17,568 bases of DNA from an uncultured Janthinobacterium sp. (GCA_964658025.1 CAZZXB010000060.1:1-17568), one strand, 5' to 3'. Shown: positions 1 to 7,041, counted from the stretch's first letter. Notes: generated from the sequence alone by a model not told the origin. Numbers and translations are program-made.

Positions 1-123
1 CGGCTCTGCGGGCGACGCGGGCGAGTCGGCGTGCGCCGCGCGTGGCCGGGCGACCGCGGCGAACGTCGCGGACGCGAACACGATCGCGAGCCCGAAGGCG
101 CCGGCGCGCGCGCCCGGATTCAG
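1..123 (-). CDS. Probable secreted protein, N-terminal part only (runs off the left edge); possible CTG start
   Basis: The minus frame from 123 reads (L/M)NPGARAGAFGLAIVFASATFAAVARPRAAHA-DSPASPAEP, with a hydrophobic core and an AxA-type cleavage site. CTG (123-121) overlaps the ilvE TGA as CTGA. I found no in-frame ATG/GTG in the 120 nt upstream that I checked. Confidence 0.45.
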   Translation of the reverse strand, partial: MNPGARAGAFGLAIVFASATFAAVARPRAAHADSPASPAEP

Positions 124-1091
124 CGGGACGTGCCCGTCCCGGCCGGAGCGAGCTCCGGCCGCGCGTACGTCACCCAGTCGGCGTGGCGCGGATCGGCGCC
201 CATCGTCGCGCGCGCGAACGAATCGCGGATGCGCGACGAGACGGGCCGGTCGGTCGCGAAGATCGTGTCGTCGATGCACGCGAGCGGCGTCACCTCGACG
301 GCCGTGCCCGTGAAGAAGACTTCGTCGGCTCCGAGCAGATCGTCGAGCCGCAGGCGACCGATCTCGACCGGGATGCCGAGATCTGCCGCGAGTTCGATCA
401 CGCTCGCGCGCGTGATGCCGAGCAAGACGTCGGCGCGCTCGTCGTTCGTATAGAGCCGACCGCCCTTCACCGCGAAGACGTTCTCGCCCGTGCCCTCGGC
501 GATCTCGCCGCGATCGTTGAGAAGGATCGCCTCGTCGAACCCGCGCGACACGGCGTCGGTCATCGCGAGCACGGAGTTCGCGTAGTGCCCGCAGGCCTTG
601 ACGGTCGATGGCATCGCGCTCGACGAGAACTTGCGCCACGGCGAGATCGTCGCGCGGATGCCGTCACGCTGCGTGTCGCCGAAGTAATTACCGAGCGCGC
701 GAAAGGCGATGAGGACGTGCGTCGGACAATGGAATTTCGGCGCGAGCGAGATCGTCTTCTCGCCGAAAAACGCGAGCGGCCGGATGTACGCCGACTGCAG
801 TTCGTTGCGCGCGAGGGTCGCGACGACGGCCTCGGAGAGTTCCGCGGGACTGCGCTCGAGAGCGAGGCCGTAGACGGCGGCCGATCGCGCGAAGCGTTCC
901 ATGTGTTCGCGCAAGCGGAAGACGGCGGGACCGTTCGGCGTCGCGTACGCGCGGACGCCCTCGAACACGCCCGTACCGTAATGGAGGCCGTGTGCGAACG
1001 GATCGACCGTTACCGTCTCGCGGAGCGAGATCTCGCCGTCGAACCAATAATACGGTGCGATCTGCATGTGTTGGAGCGGCGCGGACGGCAT
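120..1091 (-). CDS. ilvE: Branched-chain amino acid aminotransferase (PLP fold type IV)
   Basis: Motifs LHYGTGVFEGVRAY, FRLREHMERF, YIRPL, KACGHYANS (PLP lysine), EGTGEN, LLGITR and TGTAVEVTP. An AGGGGA RBS lies upstream of ATG 1091. Confidence 0.95.
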   Translation of the reverse strand: MPSAPLQHMQIAPYYWFDGEISLRETVTVDPFAHGLHYGTGVFEGVRAYATPNGPAVFRLREHMERFARSAAVYGLALERSPAELSEAVVATLARNELQSAYIRPLAFFGEKTISLAPKFHCPTHVLIAFRALGNYFGDTQRDGIRATISPWRKFSSSAMPSTVKACGHYANSVLAMTDAVSRGFDEAILLNDRGEIAEGTGENVFAVKGGRLYTNDERADVLLGITRASVIELAADLGIPVEIGRLRLDDLLGADEVFFTGTAVEVTPLACIDDTIFATDRPVSSRIRDSFARATMGADPRHADWVTYARPELAPAGTGTSR

Positions 1092-1108
1092 CGGCTTTCC
1101 CCTGAATG

Positions 1109-1141
1109 AAACGAAAAGACCTCGGCCGATCCGGCGAGGCC
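1109..1141 (-). terminator. Intrinsic terminator in the ilvE leader
   Basis: Minus strand GGCCTCG-CCG-GAT-CGG-C-CGAGGTC (10-bp stem, one bulge, one G-U pair) followed by TTTTCGTTT, ending 17 nt before the ilvE ATG. Confidence 0.8.
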
Positions 1142-1161
1142 CGTGTGACGGCGCTTGTTGG

Positions 1162-1191
1162 ACCCTACCACGGAGACGCGCCGCGGGTCAA
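1162..1191 (-). promoter_or_regulatory. Sigma70-type promoter upstream of ilvE
   Basis: TTGACC (1191-1186), 18-nt spacer ending in TGG (extended -10 TG), then TAGGGT (1167-1162). Confidence 0.55.
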
Positions 1192-1346
1192 CCCGAAGCG
1201 GTACCCGTCTCGACGAATCCGGCCGCCGTGGCGGCGCGTTCGATGCCGCCCGCGAGGCGGCCGTAGGCGAGGACGAGGAGCGTCAGCGCGAGCAAGGCGA
1301 GCGTACTCGCGAGCCCGCCGGCCCCGAGGATCAGTTTAACCGGCAT
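1188..1346 (-). CDS. Small single-TM membrane protein, 52 aa, not in the ORF track
   Basis: MPVKLILGAGGLASTLALLALTLLVLAYGRLAGGIERAATAAGFVETGTASG*. The ATG overlaps the end of bchP by 11 nt, third codon positions are GC-rich, and there is one long hydrophobic stretch. Confidence 0.6.
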   Translation of the reverse strand: MPVKLILGAGGLASTLALLALTLLVLAYGRLAGGIERAATAAGFVETGTASG

Positions 1347-2640
1347 TGGCGTACGCCCGCTCGTCGATTCCGGCGCCGTCGGCGACCGCCGCGCGGGCGA
1401 TCGCGAGGGCTTGCTTCGCGGTCATCTCCGGCGGTTCGGAGAGGAGCGGCGTTTTTGGATTCATCCAGTTGCGTACGGCGGCCTTCGCCCCGTTGATCGC
1501 CATCCGCACGTGAACCGTCGGCGCGACCTTCGCCATCTCTTTGAAGAGATAGCTGTCGAAGGTCAACTCTTGAACTTCTTTCGTGTCGCACATATCGACG
1601 AAGAACTCGCGATTGCGATTCCCGCGGTACGACCAGCGCTCGAGGACCTCGAGAAAATCGAACATCGCGCCGTAGCGTTTCTGCCACGCCTTCTCGTACC
1701 GCTCGAGGGAAAACTTCGCGTCGCCGAAATGCGCGTGGAGCGTCTGCGCCGCGAGTCGGCCCGCGGCCATCGAGAAGTAGATACCTTCGCCCGACGTGTG
1801 GGCGACCATACCGCCCGCGTCGCCGACGAGCAACGTACGACCGTAGACGAGTTTCTTGTGGCGCGCCATCGGCAGCGGATGTCCCTCGAGGAGGATACGC
1901 TTCGCACCCGCGAGTTTGTCGCCCGCGCGTCGCTTGACGCCTTCGAGGAAGGCGTACGAGCGGTTCGCGTGCTCGGGCCGACATCCGGTGCCGACCGCCA
2001 CGTGATCGCTCTTCGGGAAGACCCAGCCGTAAAAGTCGGGCGATACGTCGTCGCCGAGGTAGAGCTCGGCCGTGGTTTCGTAATATTTCATCGCGTCGTC
2101 GGGCAGGACGAGCCGTTCCTGAATCGCCGATGCGTGTTTGATCGCCGGACGGCCGCACGATTTGGCGACGGCCGATCCGGCGCCGTCGGCACCGACGAGG
2201 GCGTCGGCGACGACGATCTCTTCGCGTCCGTCGCGTCCCCGCAGGCGCACGCGTACCTTACCGTCCGGAAGATCTTCGTGCGAGACGAACGATGCTTCGC
2301 GCAGGTCGGCGCCCGCGTCTTGCGCTTTCTCGCGCATCGCGCGATCGAGTCGTTCGCGCGTGACCATGCAGATGAAGTCGTCCTCGCGAACTTTCGTGCC
2401 GCGCACGTCCATCCCGACTTCCGAGCCGCTCGGGCCGATGATGACGGCACGTTTCGTGCGGCGTTCCACGATGTGGCTCGGTACGCCGAATTCCGCGAGC
2501 GCCTTCGGCGGGATCGCGCCGCCGCACGGTTTCTTTCGCGCGAGATCGCGCTCGACGAGCAGCACCTCCGCACCGCTCGCGGCGAGATCTCCCGCCGCGA
2601 CGCTCCCGCCGACGTTGGCACCGATGACGACAACTTTCAT
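1336..2640 (-). CDS. bchP: Geranylgeranyl reductase
   Basis: Motifs KPCGGAIP, DVSPDFYGWVFPK and VGDAGGxVxxxSGEGIYF, with an N-terminal FAD-binding fold. GGAGG RBS; starts 3 nt after the bchG stop. Confidence 0.93.
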   Translation of the reverse strand: MKVVVIGANVGGSVAAGDLAASGAEVLLVERDLARKKPCGGAIPPKALAEFGVPSHIVERRTKRAVIIGPSGSEVGMDVRGTKVREDDFICMVTRERLDRAMREKAQDAGADLREASFVSHEDLPDGKVRVRLRGRDGREEIVVADALVGADGAGSAVAKSCGRPAIKHASAIQERLVLPDDAMKYYETTAELYLGDDVSPDFYGWVFPKSDHVAVGTGCRPEHANRSYAFLEGVKRRAGDKLAGAKRILLEGHPLPMARHKKLVYGRTLLVGDAGGMVAHTSGEGIYFSMAAGRLAAQTLHAHFGDAKFSLERYEKAWQKRYGAMFDFLEVLERWSYRGNRNREFFVDMCDTKEVQELTFDSYLFKEMAKVAPTVHVRMAINGAKAAVRNWMNPKTPLLSEPPEMTAKQALAIARAAVADGAGIDERAYANAG

Positions 2641-2643
2641 GCG

Positions 2644-3624
2644 CTAGAATCCTCCGGAGCGGACGGCGAGAGCCGAGACGAGCATGCCCCACACGAACGG
2701 CGGGATCGCACTCGCGCAATACCACGGCGCGAGCGTTTTGGGATCCGACGCGAGCCGACGCTGCATCGGAAGTTGGACGACGAAGAGCAGACCCATAATC
2801 GCACCCGCGAGCCACATCCGGTGCGAGAGGACGTAGGCGATCGCGAGCACTTGGAAGACGTCGATGAACCAGAACGCCGCGCGTAACGCACCGTCGCGAC
2901 CGAGCAGCACCGGAAGCGAACGGAGGCCGAGTTTGCGATCGCCTTCGTAGCTCTTGAAATCGTTGAGCGTCATCAGGCCGTGCGAGCCGAGCGAATACAG
3001 CGTGGCGAGCACGATCGTGCCCTGCGAGACGTGACCGAAGATCGCGCTTCCCGCGACCCACGCGAAGCCTTCGTACGAGAACGCGCACGCCGCGTTCGCG
3101 AGCCAGCCGTTACGCGCTTTGAGGCGGAGCGGCGGCGCGCTGTAGGCGAGCGCGAGTGCGAGCCCGCCGAGCGCGAGCCAGAAGACGGTCGTGCCGAGCG
3201 CGAGCGCGAGGCCGAGCGCGACGACGCCGAGCCCGAGCGCGAAGCCCAGGATCGTGCCGGGTGCGAGCGCGTTCGCCGCGGTCGGGCGATCGGGTTCGTT
3301 GATGCGATCGACGTCGCGATCGAACCAGTCGTTGACGATCTGCGAGAAGGCGCACAGGAGCGGCCCCGCGAGGATCATGCCGAGCAGGACGCGGCCGATC
3401 GACCCGACCGACCACGTCGCGTTGCCCGACGCGACGCAACCGACGAGCATCGCCCACATCGGCGCGAACCACGTGCCCGGTTTCGCGAACGTCCGCAGCG
3501 ACGCGTTGATCCCGGCCGCGCCCGCGTCGCGATTCGCGAAGGGCAACATCATCGCGCCGAAACGGCCGACGGTCGTCACGGTCGAGCGCGCCGAATCGCG
3601 GAGCGGCGTCGCGCGCTCAGCCAC
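2644..3624 (-). CDS. bchG: Bacteriochlorophyll synthase (UbiA prenyltransferase family)
   Basis: Motifs KPGTWFAPMWA, NDWFDRDVDRINEPDRP, YSAPPLRLK and SHGLMTLNDFKSYEGD, with multiple TM segments. The GTG start overlaps the bchB end by 8 nt; a later ATG start is possible. Confidence 0.92.
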   Translation of the reverse strand: MAERATPLRDSARSTVTTVGRFGAMMLPFANRDAGAAGINASLRTFAKPGTWFAPMWAMLVGCVASGNATWSVGSIGRVLLGMILAGPLLCAFSQIVNDWFDRDVDRINEPDRPTAANALAPGTILGFALGLGVVALGLALALGTTVFWLALGGLALALAYSAPPLRLKARNGWLANAACAFSYEGFAWVAGSAIFGHVSQGTIVLATLYSLGSHGLMTLNDFKSYEGDRKLGLRSLPVLLGRDGALRAAFWFIDVFQVLAIAYVLSHRMWLAGAIMGLLFVVQLPMQRRLASDPKTLAPWYCASAIPPFVWGMLVSALAVRSGGF

Positions 3625-5137
3625 CGACGTGCTCCCGCGCCCGCAGGACGACGGATTCGTCGATCGTCGCGATGGCGCGCTCGCGCGCGTACCGCTCGAT
3701 GTTGGTGCGCGCTTTCTTGCGCACGAAAAACGGAATGCGCCCGAGGAGCCGTTCGGCCGCGGGATCCCACGTCGGATCGCCCGCCTCGCGCGGCGCGGCG
3801 GCGACCGCGACGGCGCCGCCCTCCGGCTCCGGGGCGGCCTCGGCGAAACGGCCCTGACCGCGCGGACCGAAGGTTTCGATCAGGTGATGTTCGAGTCCGA
3901 GCACCTGCGTGTTGTTCACGAGATCGCCGATGTGGTTCGCGCCTTCGAAGCCGACGAACGGCGCGTAGCCGAGCGGGAAGTTCAGGATGTGCGCGGGCGG
4001 CGAGACGACGGCGCACGGCACGCCGACGGCGCTCGCCGAATGACGCTCCATCTGCGATCCGAACACGATGTCGGGACGCGTGCGATCGATCGCGCGCGCG
4101 ACCTCGCGATAGTCGTTCGTCACGAGCACGTCGTCCGTGAGATCGGCGACCCGCTCGCGCAACCAGCCGCCCCACTCGAGCGCGTACGTGCCGACGAATT
4201 CGACCTGCATGTCGAGTTCCTCGCGCATCACGCGCGCGATCCCCGCGACGGCCGTCGGCGCGCCGAAGACGGCGACCCGTTTCGACGAGAGCGCGTGCGC
4301 GTCGACCGTGCGCGCGTACCACAACAATTGGCTCGCGCGCGCGGCTTCCGTCACGCGGGCGGCGGGAATCTCGCAGTACGCGCAGATCTCGCGCAGGAAG
4401 CGCGTCGTCCCCGCTTCGCCGTACGGCAACTCGCGCGCGTACGGCGTACCGAAGCGTTCGCGTAAGAATTCGAGCGTGGGCAGCGCGAGCTCGTGCGCGA
4501 GCCCGACGTTCACCCAGGCGCGGCCGATGCCGCGCAGATCTTCGGGCGATGCGCCCAGCGGCGCGACGCAGTTGACGTCGATGCCCACGCTCGCGAACGC
4601 GCGGCGGAGCGATTCGACGTTCGAGCGATCGTGGAAACCGAGCAGCGACGCGCCGATGATGTTGACCGACGGACGCTCCGTTCGCGGAACGTCGCTCGCG
4701 TAGCGCGCGACGATCTCGCGCGTCGTCTTCGCGAAGCCGGAGAGTTCCGTATCGCGCACGGGATGCGCGCCCGCGAGCAAGATCTCCGCGCGGACGGTCC
4801 CGGGCGGCATCATCGCGATCTCGCCGTCGAGCGGTTCTTGCAACACGGCGGCCGTGGCGCTGCGCGTCACGACGATGAGATCGGGTTCGTGCTTGCGGTC
4901 GATCTCCGCGAGCATCGGCGGGATGTTCGCCGCGGAGCCGGCGAGCGTCGCCTCGGTGAGCGCGCACACCGATAACGGCGCGCTCACGCCGAGCCGTTCG
5001 AACATCGCGAGCATGATCGTGCCGTACCCGTCGCCCTTGGGTGCGCGCAAGAGACAATGCACCTTCGCGAACGACGCCGCCGCTTTCGAGACGCCGATAT
5101 GCGCGGGCGCTTCGTAGCTCCAGACCGCGAGCCTCAC
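3617..5137 (-). CDS. bchB: Dark-operative protochlorophyllide reductase subunit B (506 aa)
   Basis: GTG 5137 overlaps the bchN TGA (GTGA). N-terminus MRLAVWSYEAPAHIG; APKGD(36)GY cluster-ligand Asp; RTVD(279) catalytic-Asp region; FGSQMERH; C-terminal PCP_red domain WDPAAERLLGRIPFFVRKKARTNIE. The upstream extension in the ORF track is an artefact. Confidence 0.95.
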   Translation of the reverse strand: MRLAVWSYEAPAHIGVSKAAASFAKVHCLLRAPKGDGYGTIMLAMFERLGVSAPLSVCALTEATLAGSAANIPPMLAEIDRKHEPDLIVVTRSATAAVLQEPLDGEIAMMPPGTVRAEILLAGAHPVRDTELSGFAKTTREIVARYASDVPRTERPSVNIIGASLLGFHDRSNVESLRRAFASVGIDVNCVAPLGASPEDLRGIGRAWVNVGLAHELALPTLEFLRERFGTPYARELPYGEAGTTRFLREICAYCEIPAARVTEAARASQLLWYARTVDAHALSSKRVAVFGAPTAVAGIARVMREELDMQVEFVGTYALEWGGWLRERVADLTDDVLVTNDYREVARAIDRTRPDIVFGSQMERHSASAVGVPCAVVSPPAHILNFPLGYAPFVGFEGANHIGDLVNNTQVLGLEHHLIETFGPRGQGRFAEAAPEPEGGAVAVAAAPREAGDPTWDPAAERLLGRIPFFVRKKARTNIERYARERAIATIDESVVLRAREHVGG

Positions 5138-6405
5138 GCGCGCACCGGCTGACGGAAGAAGTCGAGATCGATCGGTTTGGGCGCGTTCCCGCCTCGCGCC
5201 GCGCGCGCGGCGAGGGCTTCGTGGCGCCGGATGCTCGACGCGAACATGGTGAAGAGCGTCGACGCGCCCGAAAAACCGTGGATCGGCTGGAACGTGAGTT
5301 CGGTCGACCACTTCACCGGGAAACCCATGCCCTCGAGCGAGTTCGCCACGTTGAGGTTCGCGACGACGAGATCGGGCCGGTCTTGGGAGAGCCGCGCGAA
5401 GAGCGCGAAGCGATCGGGCCGTTCGAGGATCTCGACGCCGTCGAGCGTGGCGCGCTCGGCCGCGTGAAACTTCTTGTAGACGTTCGGCGTGCCGACGAGC
5501 GAGACGCGCGCGCCCGCCGCCCGTAGCGTCCGCGCGAGCGGGAGTTCGAGCATCGCGTCGGACGAGAAGGCGATCGTCTTGTCGCGCAGGACCGCGGTCG
5601 TCGATTCGAGTGCGGCCCACGTTTCGCGCTCGCGCTCCGCGTACGAGACGGTCTTGCCGAACGCGAGCGCGAGCGTCTCGTAGAACGCGCGCGCGCCGTC
5701 GGGTCCGTACGGAAAGATCGTGCGGTACGGCTTGCAACGCCGGGTCCGCTCCGCAAACGATACGGCACCGAACAAATACGGATGGACGGCGGCGAGCACC
5801 GTGTTCGGACCGATCGCCGGCAGCGCGAGCGCGCTCTCGTCGGGGAGGAACGCGGGCTCCGGAAGCCCCATGGCGCGACACTCCAGCCGGATCTCGACCT
5901 CTTCGAGCGCCGAGAGGCATCCGAGGATCACGAGGTTGCGGTCGTCCGTTCGCGGCGAGCGTTCGATCATCGACTGCAAGACGTGATCCTCGCCCTGCGT
6001 GTACGCCGCGTCGAACCCGTCGAGCCGACAGGGATAGACGCGAACGCCGAACTCGTCCTCGAGCGGTTTCGCGCAACCCGCGACGTTCATCTTCAAGATC
6101 TCGGGGGTGCACGTCGAGGCGAGAAAGATCGCGCGCGGCGCGTGTTCGGCGACGATCGCCTCGACGAGCGGGCGCAGGCCCGTTAGCGGATCCGCGCCGC
6201 CGAGATCGTCCTCATCGAGCACCGCCGTCGCGAAGCGGGGCTTCGCGAAGATCATCACGCCGAGCGCCGTCTGCAAGAAGCCCTGGCACGAACCCGTCCC
6301 GACGACGAGAAAAAAGCTGTCCTGCATCTTGTGGTGCAACCAGCCGATGGGCGCGAGGGAACAGAAATCGTCCCGTTCGATAGTCTCCGTCGCCGAATCG
6401 AACAC
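5134..6405 (-). CDS. bchN: Dark-operative protochlorophyllide reductase subunit N (423 aa)
   Basis: FCSLAPIGWLHHKMQDSFFLVVGTGSCQGFLQTALGVMIFAKPRFA and STCTPEILKM give three cluster Cys (15, 40, 99 counting from GTG 6405); WSTELTFQPIHGF near the C-terminus. GGGAG RBS 7 nt before GTG 6405; the alternative ATG 6444 falls inside the predicted -10 box. Confidence 0.95.
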   Translation of the reverse strand: MFDSATETIERDDFCSLAPIGWLHHKMQDSFFLVVGTGSCQGFLQTALGVMIFAKPRFATAVLDEDDLGGADPLTGLRPLVEAIVAEHAPRAIFLASTCTPEILKMNVAGCAKPLEDEFGVRVYPCRLDGFDAAYTQGEDHVLQSMIERSPRTDDRNLVILGCLSALEEVEIRLECRAMGLPEPAFLPDESALALPAIGPNTVLAAVHPYLFGAVSFAERTRRCKPYRTIFPYGPDGARAFYETLALAFGKTVSYAERERETWAALESTTAVLRDKTIAFSSDAMLELPLARTLRAAGARVSLVGTPNVYKKFHAAERATLDGVEILERPDRFALFARLSQDRPDLVVANLNVANSLEGMGFPVKWSTELTFQPIHGFSGASTLFTMFASSIRRHEALAARAARGGNAPKPIDLDFFRQPVRA

Positions 6406-6439
6406 TTCGTCGCTCCCGAATCTTCCCGCGCTTCGCCAT

Positions 6440-6482
6440 ATCATGGCGTGGTGGGGTGCGAAAACGCGTGATGAACGTCACG
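6440..6482 (-). promoter_or_regulatory. CRP/FNR-family site plus -10 box: candidate class II activated promoter of bchNBGP
   Basis: Palindrome CGTGA-tgaacg-TCACG at 6467-6482 (centre 6474.5) and -10-like CATGAT at 6445-6440. This places the site at -41.5 from a predicted +1 A at 6433. Confidence 0.65.
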
Positions 6483-6509
6483 ACCGGTTCGGGCGCTCGG
6501 ACGAGGAAC

Positions 6510-6935
6510 CTACGCGACGGCGCGCGTCCGGAGCGAGCGCGCGAGAACGACGGTCGTCCCCGCGCCGCGGGCGCTCGTCACGGCGAATTGATCGCAACAG
6601 CGCCGCATGATCGGCAACCCGCGGCCGCGTTCGGCGTCGGCGTCGGGGAGCGCGGGCTCGCGGCGCTCTTCGACCGCGAAACCGATCCCGCGATCGCGGA
6701 CGACGGCGTACAGGCGGCCGTCCGCGACGCGCACGCTGACGTCGATCGGGTCGTGCGTGCCGGAATGTTCGATCGCGTTCGCGACCGCTTCGCCGAGGGC
6801 GGTGAGGAACTGGAGTAAGTTCTCCTCGTCGACGCCGTGCGCGCGGGCGAGCTTCGTCGTGCCCTCGCGAACCGCGCGAGCGAAGCTCGGCTGCGGGAGG
6901 GCGCGGAACTCGACCGCCGATTCGACCGTACCCAT
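6510..6935 (-). CDS. RsbW-type anti-sigma factor / Ser kinase (HATPase_c_2), 141 aa
   Basis: MGTVESAVEFRALP...; N box ALGEAVANAIEH, G1 box VRDRGIGF, G2 box ERGRGLPIM, and GTTV. Confidence 0.88.
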   Translation of the reverse strand: MGTVESAVEFRALPQPSFARAVREGTTKLARAHGVDEENLLQFLTALGEAVANAIEHSGTHDPIDVSVRVADGRLYAVVRDRGIGFAVEERREPALPDADAERGRGLPIMRRCCDQFAVTSARGAGTTVVLARSLRTRAVA

Positions 6936-6948
6936 GATGTTCCGAAGG

Positions 6949-6975
6949 ATACCCCTTCCGAACGCGAACCAAAAC
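6949..6975 (-). promoter_or_regulatory. SigB/SigF-type general-stress promoter
   Basis: GTTT (6975-6972), 17-nt spacer, GGGTAT (6954-6949). This matches the Bacillus SigB / mycobacterial SigF consensus and ends 13 nt before the anti-sigma ATG. Confidence 0.7.
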
Positions 6976-7041
6976 GCGGACGGAGGTGGGTTTCGGCCGT
7001 CCGCGCAACGGTGCGCGTCGCCACACGCATCGGAGGAAATC

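Noticed and set aside
1195..1210. GGGTACCGC resembling a T-box bulge upstream of ilvE
   Set aside because: It lacks the GGTGGNACCGC core and any stem I/specifier loop, and it lies inside the small ORF.
1188..1346. Small ORF as a light-harvesting alpha/beta apoprotein
   Set aside because: It has no His or Trp, so the conserved BChl-ligating motif is absent.
3617..6112. 831-aa ORF suggesting an extended or fused BchB
   Set aside because: The extension is an alternative frame of bchN. Family homology starts at GTG 5137, which overlaps the bchN stop.
3617..6405. Nitrogenase NifDK or chlorophyllide reductase BchYZ assignment
   Set aside because: The SFFLVVG...GVMIFAKPRF, WSYEAPAHIG and GSQMERH motifs and the C-terminal PCP_red domain fit DPOR N/B.
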